From assembly GCA_964036045.1 (NCBI GenBank), contig OZ038378.1:172422001-172486000 (forward strand): a DNA stretch of 64,000 nucleotides, written 5' to 3'. Source of the stretch: Eutreptiella sp. 'Long Island Sound 2002' (Eukaryota > Protista > Euglenida). The notes beneath the pieces are model-generated. The model ran no database searches and was not told where the DNA came from. It saw only the letters and a list, made by a program, of their open reading frames with translations. Shown one piece after another: positions 24,451 through 36,268 of the stretch. A program made the translations under genes and the position numbers. Numbering within the stretch: the first letter of the stretch is position 1; the number at the start of each line of letters is the position of its first letter.

Positions 24451-25250
24451 CTACTACTGAAATGGATTGCAAACTCTGACGAGAGCTTGTTTTCTTTCCA
24501 GCCCATAGTGCCCACAGTGCACATTGAAGCCAGACGCAATTCATTTGCCGTTGTTTGGAGATACCTGCTGCTCCAAATTTCCAAGGTGGGCAGGAATTCG
24601 GAAGGATTGGTCTGGGGGACGCGTGTCTTTTAATGTGCCATAGCATCCAGAGACACACATCCCGTGTGCATCCATGTGTGTATGCTCTGCGTGCTCTGTG
24701 CGTACTCGCTTTTCTTATACTCAGCCCGTCTTTGGGCGACAGTGGGGGGTTCTTGCAGAACTTGGCGGGTCATTTTGCTTCACATTCTGCATCTCTGAAT
24801 TCTCATATCCGCTTGTTCGTATGCATTATTTGTTTATTTAGGGATATGGTTTTCTACACCCCCTCCAAGGGGCTCCGAGTTCCAGCCCAGCTAGTCGCAA
24901 ACCCGCAAAGGAGCATTGGTACTTGGAGTCAGAGTATTGACAAGATCAAGCAAAAGTGGTCAATCAACAGTGCCGCATGGAATCTATCCTATGCACACAT
25001 TTGTTCCATTTGTGGTCAATCGAATCGATCTGCTTGTGACTGAGTCCAGCAATTTTTCGTTTTTGCGTTTTGGCATCAGCCACCGCTATGGTGCATTTAC
25101 AAGCCATTGTAATCTGTCTTTTTTTTTTTTTTTTTATGAACAGCAAAGATGTCCATTTTTATTCGGGTCTATAATTCTCCAGTCCGTTAATGACTGTTTG
25201 ACCCTTCCATTTCCGAATAGGAGCCCTTCTCGGGGCCGTCGCCGTGCTGC

Positions 25251-25604
25251 ATGTCCACCGATGGCTGGAAGAAGTACAACCAGTTGAACTGTATCGGGAC
25301 TGGGGCCTTCGGGCAGGTCTTCCTTGTCGAAGGCAATGAGGCGAACGGGGGGCCCGCGGGCCGCTACGTGATCAAGCGTGTGCAAGTCTCAGCCCTGAAC
25401 CAGAAGGAGCTGAAGGACGCGGTCAACGAGGTGTTCATCCTCCGGATGTTGGACCACCCCAACATCATCAACTACTGTGACCACTTTGTGGATCCGGAGG
25501 GGTATCTCAACATCGTGATGGAGTATTGTGCTGGGGGCGATCTTAACGGTTTGATTGAGGAGCAGAAAAAAGGAGGCGCCGACAACTACCTGACGGAGGA
25601 CCAG
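25251..25604 (+). CDS. NEK: NIMA-related Ser/Thr kinase, exon 1
   Basis: IGTGAFG glycine loop, YVIK catalytic Lys, NEV alphaC Glu and LDHPNIINYCDHF, all typical of NEKs. Donor CAG|GTCACG at 25605, phase 0. Confidence 0.95.
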
Positions 25605-26633
25605 GTCACGTCATCCCTTTGTACCCCGCCCCGTGCACAGCGTCCTGGACCCGACCCAAGGCTGGCTCGACGAGAGCCGGCGATGAACAGTATTGCTGCC
25701 GTCAAGCAGCATTCTGGCTGGGAGACAGTTAATGAACATTCTGACTGAACTCGAGTGATTTGTGAATTGAATCATGGCCCTTCCCGCTGCTTATCCAAGA
25801 GACACCCTGGTGCAACGTGCAGTAGGTTGAGAGAGTTCGGGCCAAGGCGATCATCAGTGAGTCAGTTTTTTTCATTAAGGAGCGCCCTGAAGAAGCGCCT
25901 GCAAAGCAGGCGGGTACCAACGGTGGTTACGAGCTGGTTAACAGCTAATCAACGGCAGTTGCTGGCCAACCGCTGACGTTCAAGCACCGAACACTGGCAG
26001 TTCCCAGCCTGATTCCTGGGGTGACCACCAAGCATCCGCTTGTCGCCGGGGTTCGGTTGTGTTGCACTTGGCAGCCCCGCGTGACGCTCTGATGAGCGCA
26101 TGTCAACGCACCCGAGCACATACCCCCCCCCCCCCCTCACCCCCCAGGCGCCCTCCCCCCCCCGGCCCGACATTGATTGTTGAGCCCAGCGGCAGGGCAT
26201 TCGAACGCGAACAATTGATTTGCTGCAATGATATGAACGGCGCAGTTTGAGCGAAGTTGAATGAGTTCACCCCCCCCCCCCCCCCTCCCGGTCTGACCCT
26301 GACCCTTTAGAGTCCTGAGCCCCAGCACCAGAACCCCAGCGAGCCATAGCCCGTCGGGGAAGGGGAGGGCCGAAGTACATTGAAAATGCCTCGGTGGCCC
26401 TGAGCGACTGGATGCTATGCGGAGCTCGGACTGGACAGAGGGTGACGAAGGCTGTGAGGCGGGCGCAGCTGGAGCCTTGGCGGCTTTTCTTGACCATTCT
26501 GATGCCGCTGGTCTGTTGAAGCACCGCAGGTTGCCCACCCCATGGGGTCACAGGGTCACGGGCGGCAGACGCATGCCTAGGGGCCCACTGCACCGTCTTT
26601 TCAAAGCCGCCACCTTTCGCCACGCACCCGCAG

Positions 26634-26930
26634 GTCCTGTACATGAGCTTCCAGCTGCTGCAGGCGCTGAAGTACGTCCACGGGATCAAGATCCTGCACC
26701 GCGATCTCAAGCCCGGCAACGTGCTCTTGGGGTCGCATGGACGGATCAAGATCTGCGATTTCGGGATCTCCAAGCGGCTGACGGAGACCGTGCACGCGCA
26801 GACGGTGGTCGGCACGCCGTTTTATTTGGCCCCAGAAATCTGCGAGAGCAAGCCCTACGGCAGCGCCTGCGACATATGGGCCGCGGGCTGTGTCATCTAC
26901 GAATTGGCGGCCCTGCACCGCGCGTTCGAG
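26634..26930 (+). CDS. NEK: NIMA-related kinase, exon 2
   Basis: LHRDLKPGNVLL, KICDFGISK and VVGTPFYLAPEICESKPY, with all catalytic motifs intact. Acceptor CCGCAG|G, donor GAG|GTCAGT. Confidence 0.97.
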
Positions 26931-28553
26931 GTCAGTGTGCCTGCGTCTCGTGGCTCGTGCTGTCTTTGCTCCTGCCCCTGCCCTCACACGTTCCTCTTCC
27001 CCTTTCCTTGCTCCATCCCCCTCCCCTGCAATCCCTTCGTCCCCCCCCCCCCCCGCCCCCCATCATCCTGCCCAGGTGGAGTCTGAGGTGTGGCTGTGTG
27101 TGGCCTGCAACAGCAAGCACGCCCCAAGAGCGGAGCGACCCAACATGGAACACGGCATTACTTCGCGACCACGCTCAGATCGTAGCGCAGCGTGACCCGG
27201 CGCCAAAGCCCCGAACCAAGATGCCCTGGTCCCTTGCCCAAGCCACGGGGGGATAGGGGGCAGCACAATGGGCCGAGGGAACAGTCACTGGCCAGTCGCA
27301 TACCCAAGGAACTGAGAAGGCGATGAAGGCCATGTGAAGGCAGACTCGCCTGGAGCTCAGTGGTGGGTCCACACCCGACCTTTTGAGGCCCAACCCCAAC
27401 GGCCTGCCCGCCCTCACCCCACGTCTTTCCCTCCCCTCGCCTCGCCACCCCGGCTTCCCCTCCCTCCGCGCGTCCCTCGTGGCCGTGTGGCATGGGCTCC
27501 AATCCTGTGGTGCAACGTAGACGCCCTGGGCAGGCGGTTTGCGCACTGTGTAACATGCTTTGCTCCAACTCCCCCTCCCCCCCCCCTTTGTGAGAGCAAC
27601 GCTCTTGTCGGATCAACAGCAGGTGTTGTTCCCGCAACTTTTGGATCCGTGTCCTTTGCTCTTTATAATCCCCCGCTTTGTCAGACCATGAGTAGATGTT
27701 GGTTCCGTCAAATTTTGGGACTTCAGTGTTGCTCTCGCAGGGGGGGAGGGGTGGGTAGTTCCAACTCCCTCGTTCCTCCCTCCCTCCCTCACTCCCTCCC
27801 TGGATTGGGATTGGAAGCGCTTGCCTGGAAGTGTTGACGTTGTGTTAATGTGCGGTATGTATGGTATAGTATATGGTGTAGTGCTGAAGCGAGTTGTCTG
27901 TGCGGGGACTGGTCGCACCAGCCAAAACGACACCCTCCAATCCAATCCAATCCCTCCCTCCCTCCCTCTCTCCCTCTTCCTCCCTCCCTCCCCCGTCTGG
28001 GTACTACCCCATCTACCTCCCTGCCTTTTTGATGGCTGTGTTGCATGGGTTCAATGGGAGTATCAGACGCGGTGCACACGTGGTGCGTATACCGGGGGTG
28101 TTGCGTGGACCGTGTCAGCTTTTTTAGAGGCTACGTGCTGTTGGCGCCTATGCTTTTGCCCAAAACTGTACCTGACACTGCAGCAGGGCAGTGTAGCCAC
28201 ATGCAAAATAGGGGTTGGTGTGCAATAACTTGGCATCTTTCAGCCTGTTGCTGCCCTGGTTGCATGTGAGCTCGCCCAAGGGGGCCCTCACACCCTGCCC
28301 CCAGCAACTTCCACCAAGGGACTGTGTTTACAAGGGCTTCAAAGGCAGACCATTTCCTGGAGAAGTTGTTCGAATACCTGAGACATTGCGCGCGCGGTGC
28401 GTGAAATCCCTCATGCCCGGGAGGCGGGTAGTTTGCCAGTGCAGTGGCTCGCCGAACCCCCTGAAGAGGGCCCGTGTGGGCAGGCGCTTGCGGACCGGGT
28501 GGTCCGGGCCGGACGTCTGGAGCCCGTGCCGCGCGCTCTGCTCGGCCCCTCAG

Positions 28554-29402
28554 GCGCGGAACCTCCTCGCGGTGGTGATGGCCATCACCTCCGGCGAGTA
28601 CAAGCCACTGCCGCCGCACTTCTCCGACGGCTTCCGGACGATGGTCCAGCGGATGCTGACGCCGGACCCCGATCAGCGGCCCACCGTCGACCAACTGATT
28701 ACCGACTACTTCGTGATCCCCGTCCCGTTCCACATCTCCGAGACCCCGGCCTCGCCGCCGGAAGAGGCACCGGCCCCCGCGCCGGAGCCTGCGCCCGCGC
28801 CCGCGCCGAAGCGCGCGCCCGCCACCGCCCCGAAGTCAACGGCCCCGCCCCCGCAGTCGGCGTCCGGGCCCACCCCCAAGGCCGCGTCATTGCCCGCGAG
28901 GCGCACTGCAGACCGCGCCTACAACAAGTGGAACGCGCGACTGCACCGCATGGCCGGGCAGCGCCGGGACAACTTCAGCGCGGAACCGCACACCCCTACC
29001 ACAGACCCGGTCCCCTCGCGGCGGAGGAACTCGCCCGCGCGCCCGGCGTCCACCGCGTCGAAGCCGATCGCGAAGCCGCGCGCGGTCTCGAGTTCGGGCG
29101 TGCCCCCGCGGAAGCCAAAGCCCCGGCCCCAAAAGAAGCACGTGTACGTGCCGGACATCGAGTTCTGCCTCATGCCGCACCAGCGCAATCTCCTGCTCGG
29201 GAGGGGCGAGCTTCCGGAGTCGTCCGCGCCGCCCGTACCTCCGGAACGTTTCGCCTCCTCATCGAGCCCGCCCCCCCCGGAGCCGCAATCGGAGGCGTTG
29301 AGTTCCCAACCGACCCCTGATCAGTTCGAGTCCATCGGCCGGGGGGTCAGCATCCGCACCGAAGCCGAGATCCGGGACGCGCTCGACGACACCGATTTTG
29401 AG
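28554..29402 (+). CDS. NEK: NIMA-related kinase, exon 3 (end of kinase domain plus Pro-rich tail)
   Basis: ARNLLAVVMAITSGEYKPLPPHFS...MLTPDPDQRPTVDQL completes the kinase C-lobe. Acceptor CCTCAG|G, donor GAG|GTCCCC. Confidence 0.9.
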
Positions 29403-31964
29403 GTCCCCTCCGTGACTTTCTGCAATCCTCCAGACAATCCGCCGCCCTGCGTGACCGCCAGCGGGAACGGGGCGATGGGGGCTTAACAGGGCGGTCGCGA
29501 AGGATAATCACACTTTTTTTGGGGGGGGGCGGGATAAGGACTGCCCTAATTGCCGGTCCACCGCCGTCAGGTACCCTCCTTCTGCTGGGCTGGCGTTGAC
29601 GGACGCCGCAATTGTTTTTTTTTACGCCCTCTAGCCCATCCCACTACAACCGCCTGGCACAATGAAGGCGGCTGAAACAGAGTGCGCGCGGAGTGCAGGG
29701 CAGTCAGCGGCCAGTCACCATTTGGCGTGTGGATGCAAAGGTACTATGAGCAGCGAAAGACGCAAGGGCCGTGGCGTTGGAAACATTGCAAGGCCCCATC
29801 GTTGCGGAGCTGAAAGCTATGACACTTTGGGGGCACCGGAAATCCGACCCACACACCGCGCTCCTCGGCTCCATCCAGGCGTTCGATGGCCTGCGTCTCT
29901 GCCTTTGTGGTGCACCCAAGTGAACCGCACCTGCCCTCCCGTCTCCTGAATTGGGGGGTGGGAACTGCTTGTCGCACTGTCCCTTCTTTGCCATGGGAGC
30001 CAGGGACGCCCTTGCAGCACAACGCACAGCCTTCGTGCGGCGTTCACCTGCCATTTGCGGCTCGTCCGCAACAGTTACGCAAGCGCGGCACCACCTTGGC
30101 CAAGAGGAGGCATCGTGGGGCACTGTGCAGTGGTGGCAAGCGCAATCGGACGGCTACCCCCAATAATCACGAGTATTTAACTGAACAATCGCAGGCCATG
30201 TGATGCAGATTCGCAAGTCAGCCGGCATCTTGTGGGGACAGCGGTTCCCGTTCAGTCGAATGTTGCCACGGGGTCCAACCGCATGCCTACCCCAACTCTC
30301 TGACCCCGTCATACGCGGTTGCCAGATGTTGGAATGGCAGCTCTCCCGCTTTGTCACAGCACCAGGCAAATTGGATTGTGCGTGATTTAACACTCTGGTG
30401 TCCCTTGCGCAGACAATTGTGGACCTGCAATGTAGGAGAACCCGCCTGTTGGGCTGCCTGTCTGCCCGTATGTACACGCAGTGCAGAGTGCCTTATTGAC
30501 GATTGTGGACACCTTCATAGGATTGTGATCTGTTGCTGCACTTGGGTCGTGCAGGGCCGTTCCTTGGGTGGAGGAGAAAATAGCAAAACATTACGCGTGA
30601 TGAAAGCGTATCGCACAGGGCAGCAGCTGGCTGACAATTGTTGTGCCAGTCAAAAATAGTCGTCAATGTGTCACTGACCCGGTGGTGGTGGCCTGAGAGC
30701 TGTTAGGATTGAAGTTGCAGCGGTTCGTAGTCACACTTCAGCGGGCTTCCTCACACAAATGGCCATCAACTACGGGCAGTTGGCAGGCAACCGACGATAG
30801 CTGGCCCTTAGCCTAGTGACTGTCCTTAGTTATACAGAATCTTGGTCTTGTAGGAGAGCCTCCTTGCTGGACTGGAAATTTCCAGGGGCGTCTGTGGTCA
30901 TCTGGGTCGTGCAATGAGCGTCGAGGTGACCATTTACAGCTCACCCCTCCGGCCCGAACTCCTGAATCAAGTTCGAGTCTTCCGCTTGGGGCCAAGCTGT
31001 TGGGGAAGGGAACCCTGCGCACTGTACACCACGTACTACGCACACTCGTTGCACAATGCAGACTGCACGCCGCAGACCGCACACGGTACACTGCACAGTG
31101 CACGCAGCGTGCTATGTTTCCGATCACACAATTTTTTGAAAGAAATACGACCCCAAGGGTGTTTTTTGGGTGTGCTGGGGTCAGAAGGGGAAGGGAGGTA
31201 CGGCAGGGCGCTTTCTGCAGCAGCGTGCCACGCCTGGCCCTGTGTCCTGTGGCATCGGCTTTGAGTAGTGACATGATGATGCCATGGCCCAGGGGTGCTA
31301 CAGGGAGGCAGGGGGGAAGTTTAGCCCCTCCCCCCCCTGCCCTTGTGGTGGATTCCTTCCTCAGAAGGCGAACAGGTTAGGCACCCGGAAGCACCAACCG
31401 GCATACTCATTCAGCCTTGATCCCCCCCCCCCCCCCCACCCTCGTAAAAATGATTTTCCCCGGCTGCTGGGGTTAGCTGAGTGGGCTCCCTACCTCTCCC
31501 ATTTTTTTGAACCTGCCCCCTTAACCCTGAGCCCAATGCGCGGACAACCAACCCACCAATCCACGAGTGGAGGATTTCCTGCCAAAAAGGCGAAAATGCC
31601 ATGCACATACCCAGACTCACCAACCGGCGTACTCACTCAGCTTGTATGGCACACCCTCCCCGCCCTTCCCCCAATTTAAGTCCCCCCACCCCACTACAGT
31701 GACTGCCCGAGACTTCCCAGCCCATCTGCGGGTGTGACAACAACCATCACACAAGTGCCTGGCAAACACATGGCCTCTAATGTTCACAGGCCCTAAATTC
31801 GCAGTGAATGGGTTGAATATGCGTCTTTTTCTTCGCCCAAGGTCACTCGATGTGAGGTGACCGGGGGTCCAAGGTGGAAGGGGCTGGGAGGGTTGCGCAC
31901 CTCCTCACCTTGCTGCAAAGCCCCGTTCCATGCAACTCTCTCCGGCTCACTACAACGTCTGCAG

Positions 31965-32333
31965 GAACTTGATGGCGAGATCGAGGACGAGGCGGACTAC
32001 GGGCACGACTCAGAGGATGACTATGAGTACGTGTTCGAGACATACGTGCCGGACGCAGCCCCCGACGGGACCTCGCCGCACTCGCGCGACTCGCCCCAGT
32101 CGGGGGGCACCAGCCCTCTGCGGCCCCCGTCCGCCGGCAACTTCTTGTCGCCGAACAAGCGGTCCTTCGCGCTCTCGAGCGTCAACATCAGCTACGATGA
32201 CATGAAGGCGGTGATGCTGTGCAAGAGCATTCACGAGGAGACGGAGGAGAGGGTGTCGGACTTCAATCGCCGGGTCAAGGGCGGGACGGTGGAGATGGTG
32301 TCGTTCAGCAGCCTCGATGAGGCGTTGCAGTAG
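31965..32333 (+). CDS. NEK: NIMA-related kinase, probable terminal exon 4
   Basis: Acceptor GTCTGCAG|G in phase 0 gives DALDDTDFE|ELDGEIEDEADY..., an acidic tail with GC3-rich codons and stop TAG at 32331-32333. The joined CDS is 1869 nt (622 aa). Confidence 0.75.
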   Translation, partial: ELDGEIEDEADYGHDSEDDYEYVFETYVPDAAPDGTSPHSRDSPQSGGTSPLRPPSAGNFLSPNKRSFALSSVNISYDDMKAVMLCKSIHEETEERVSDFNRRVKGGTVEMVSFSSLDEALQ

Positions 32334-32683
32334 CCGCCCCGAAGGGCGCTGATGGAGGACCCTGTGGCCTGGGCTGTTCACGAGGAATGGGATCCCACCA
32401 TTTCACGGGACGGTGGTGGTAGGGCTCAAGGGCGTGTGTGCGGCGGACTGACAGAGGGTGGCTCACCGACGGGTTGGGCAGTGATGTACACCGTAGGAGG
32501 GGGGCTAACCCCCCTGGACCCCCCTCCCCCCAGACCCCCCTCCTCCCCTTCCAACGTTTGAGGCTGACAGCCAAAAAATTGCTTCGGCGCCTTCGGCACC
32601 GAGAGGATTTACGCTTAAATTTGTTTTGCCCGCTTTCGGCGGAGACCATAAGGGGACCCAAGAAGATGGGGGTCCCAGCCAAG

Positions 32684-32815
32684 CCCCCCCCCCCTTTCCT
32701 TCAGACCCCCCCCCTTTCCTTCAGACCCCCCCCTTTCCTTCAGACCCCCCCCTTTCCTTCAGACCCCCCCCCTTTCCTTCAGACCCCCCCCCTTTCCTTC
32801 AGACCCCCCCCCCCC
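32684..32815. repeat. Tandem repeat (C7-11 TTTCCTTCAGA) x6
   Basis: Six copies of CTTTCCTTCAGA separated by C runs, period 19-20 bp. Confidence 0.95.
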
Positions 32816-32930
32816 TCTAGTACATCGCTGGGGTTGGGTTGGGTTGGGCCAGGGCCTCACGCATGCGGGGGATTGCAGGCCTGCGCGTCCCTCCCTCTGC
32901 GGCGCTGGTCCCAAATCCGGTGCTGTCCGG

Positions 32931-33101
32931 TTCTCAGGCCGAGCGGACCAGGGCAGCCCCCATGGACCCCACCGTAGCGCGGGTGAGCGGGAGAAGCCAT
33001 CACGGGGCCGGTGTGTGTGTGTGTGGGCCGGCGCGTACGGGGGATTGGGGGTCGACGGTGTGCACATGCGCGTGGGGGTGTACCGGGGGGGGGGGGGGGG
33101 G
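32931..33101 (-). repeat. ~165-bp dispersed repeat (copy 2)
   Basis: Reverse complement of 14580-14744. Confidence 0.9.
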
Positions 33102-35975
33102 GCATGGGGGAGTGTGTGTGTGCCCCGTGCTCCGGGGCCCCGGTGGAGGAGGTTTGGGGGGGCCTGACGCCGAGCCCACCGGGAGAGATAAGGGCCAGGG
33201 CAACACAGCCTCCCGGTCACCAAGACATGCTACGGGCCGCCCACGACGGAGGGTGGGCTCTGCGGGTGACGTTCGACCACTTTTCTACTTTTGGGTGTGT
33301 TTGCGTCACTGGCAGCTGCGGCACGTCACACTGTCGTGGGCGCTGATTCCCCCACTGCATTGCCCCCCCCCCGTCGGTCGGGGACTGGCGGAATGTGAAG
33401 CCACCGGTGCCGGCGGGTGTGTGCACGCCACGGGGGCAATCCGCACCAATCGTGAGCCGTGGGACACGCGCTGCGTTCTTCGCGAAGCCCCCCCACCCCC
33501 ATACGCCCCCCCCACAAATGACCTCGCTCACAAAAGCAGGTCTCACAAAAGGCATGGCACTGGGCACTGGGGGTATTACCAGCATTTGTGGGACCCCCAC
33601 CCCCCCGTGTCTTGATGTATCCCCCGGCCCTCATTGGGAAGGGGTATGACCTCAAACAGGCGGCTCCACAGGCCCTCGCCCCTCGCGGAAATGGCCGTTT
33701 CAATGCCTCAGCAGCCACCCGCTGCCCTATGTCCTCTCACTGGCACCCCTTGTCCTTTCCCCTTGTCCCCATGCCCAGGGCTTCTTTTAACAACTCAGCA
33801 CGTCAGGGGGGGGGCTCAGGGGAACCCCCCCCCCCCCCCAAAAGATTGGGCCCAATTTCCCTCCGGACCTTCGGTCTAAAATTTTCCCTGGTGCCTTCGG
33901 TGCCGGTTAGTTTAGACCAAAATTTTCTTTGGCGCCTGTAAAAACTGTTCACCACTGGGGGGGGGTGGGGGGCTGGACCCACCCATGCCCCCCCCCCCCC
34001 CCCTAGACGCCCCCCATTTCAAAGGAGCCCTGCCCATGCCTGCCAGACTCAAGGCTGTTGCTCATGCCACCCAAAAGAAGCCCACCGGCAACAGAGAGCT
34101 GATGAGAAATCGCGGGTATCAGGCAGCGTCAGGTGACCCAGCGCCAGCCACAGACTCCGGCGGGCCGAGGGGTCGTAGCATGAAGGTCTCCGAAATTGCG
34201 ACCCAGGGCAATGGGCGCCAGGGATTTCGGGGTGATGCAGATATGCCAATGGAAAGTGCCCCAAGCATGCCAACTTCTTGTGTCGTTTCGAACTCCAGCG
34301 GTTATTCAACGGTTCGTGTCCGGTTTGTTCTTCCACTCTCTTCTTGTCACGTTGTGAGCCTTTCGAAGTTGGAAGCAATGTGGGCGAAAGAGGAAAAAGG
34401 AACCCCAGCCGCCTACCCTTTTGAACTGCTATCCAGTTACGGACTCTGATTGTCGCCCATGAATTTCATGTTGCTTTTAGGGGACGGAGTGCACTCTGAA
34501 CCATCTCCCTGAATGCAAGCAGGCCTCTTCTCATCAGGCGGCAGTTGTGTGTTGGTGATTCAGATACAGGCAGGCGATAAGGTTTGGGTATTTCCCAACC
34601 ATTGTCTCTTGCTGTGGCAAACCACGAGCAAGTGCTTTCTCATATTTGGGGGGCGGCTTAATCTTGTGTGGCTCTGAAGCTAATGGTCAAGATCTCTATC
34701 GCCAGTAATTGTGTGCAGATCCTGCGAAAACTGCTTTCGGGTGAAACATGTTTTTCTGGGTGCCAGTCGCTTTGTAAGAGGCAATCAGGTGTCTGCCAAG
34801 CAGCTGGAGTTGATGTTCTGGAGGGATACCTACGCTCCTGTGTTTAGGATCACCGTTTCCGATATATGCAGTACCCAACCGCTCGAGATGATGGTGTGGG
34901 CAGTATGCGCTGAGGGGGTTGGGGCACAGAGCAGTAACAGGCACATAAGGGGGGCAGACTCTCTGCGAGGTGGACTTGCCGAAGGCAATGGAATTTCATG
35001 GCAAATTTTGAGGGTTTTTTTTTTGGAGGGGGTACCCTGATAGGGGAGGTGGGGTTCCTGAAAAACGAAGGAAAATTTTGGTACTGTGGGAAACAAACAG
35101 GGAGGGCCACATGGATGGATGGGTGGTCTCTAGACTGGTGCTGTAATTTCTTGGACGCTACCGGATCAATGTTGATATTTCATGTCTCTGTGGGTACATC
35201 AAAACCAGGTGCAGGGGCATTTGGTTGTTGACCGACCAGCGCATTCCCTAGGGCATTCGCAGGACCACTTGAGGACCCCTCTACCCCTGTCCCTTGCACA
35301 CATCTTGGCACATAGCATCCTTAACATTGAAGGAAGTATTTCGGATAAGGAACGGCTTCTGAATTTTTCTGCTTCACTTTTTTCCCAATGCGAAAATTCC
35401 TGCCGTGGTGCCAAATGGTGCTACATGGCACCCAATCAGTTTATACATACTCCCATTGTCACCAAGTAATCACCCAGCAACAGCCCAATGGTGCCCAGGT
35501 GTTGTTGGAGGTCACCTAGGAATTTGTAATTTTCCAGCCAACCAAACCCATGCCGGCTTGAAAACAGGGAAGTCCTCGCCGGTGGGGCTACATAGCGGAT
35601 CTGAGAAATTCTATTGCTGATGGGATGTCCACCTTGCAGGCGTTTTGCCCCAAGCAATGAACCCTCAAATGGCTGAGTGTGTGATGATCCATGAGATCCA
35701 TCAAAATAATCCATCATCTAAGGCCAAACCCCATCGTTACACCAAACTCGTATCAGATTGGGTATTTGCAGTGTTTTAGAATGGGTTCGGATTCAATATT
35801 TGCGATTTGGGATCATCCAAGGCCATCATCCATCGGCCCATCCACAATCAGGGTCATGATGCAAATATAAAATGGTGACCTAGATTGGGGGTGGGATGAT
35901 GCATGATGATGATAAATTGGAGATGCTAAATCCAAACCTATTCCAAAAACCACTTGTACATTGATGTTTGCTATA

Positions 35976-36268
35976 GTCTAGACCGGACCTATTGTGTTTG
36001 GTGTGAAAGTGAGTATTGCCTTTAGAATCAAAGCAAGGGAAACCACCACACCACCATCCCACCAAACCTCCGTCGAAACAGCTCCATTTTGTAATGTTGT
36101 AGATAGTCTAGTACAAGTAGTTTTTCAAACTGGAGAGCGGGCATCTCTGAGGTCTCATCATCATCTTTGTTATCTTCATCCAATGCACAATTAGGGTCAC
36201 AGTTTTAGATTCTCAAGGCAACACTCACTTTCACACCAAAGCAACGTCGGAATCAGTCCGTTCTAGAC
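35976..36268. mobile_element. MITE-like element with long imperfect TIRs
   Basis: GGTGTGAAAGTGAGTATTGCCTTTAGAATC (36000-36029) pairs with GATTCTCAAGGCAACACTCACTTTCACACC (36208-36237) with 2 mismatches. The outer GTCTAGACCGGAC / GTCCGTTCTAGAC words also pair. Confidence 0.7.

Noticed and set aside
27076-27195. Cryptic in-frame exon VESEVWLCVACNSKH... in NEK intron 2
   Set aside because: It would truncate the kinase C-lobe, which exon 3 completes properly, and nothing beyond a pyrimidine tract and an AG supports it.
30965-30985. GTTCGAGTC T-loop-like word (also GTTCGAACC at 42772)
   Set aside because: No full T stem, A box or cloverleaf could be folded.
8408-32333. Euglenid nonconventional (non-GT-AG) introns in the two main genes
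   Set aside because: All seven junctions are fully explained by GT-AG splicing in phase, so none is needed.
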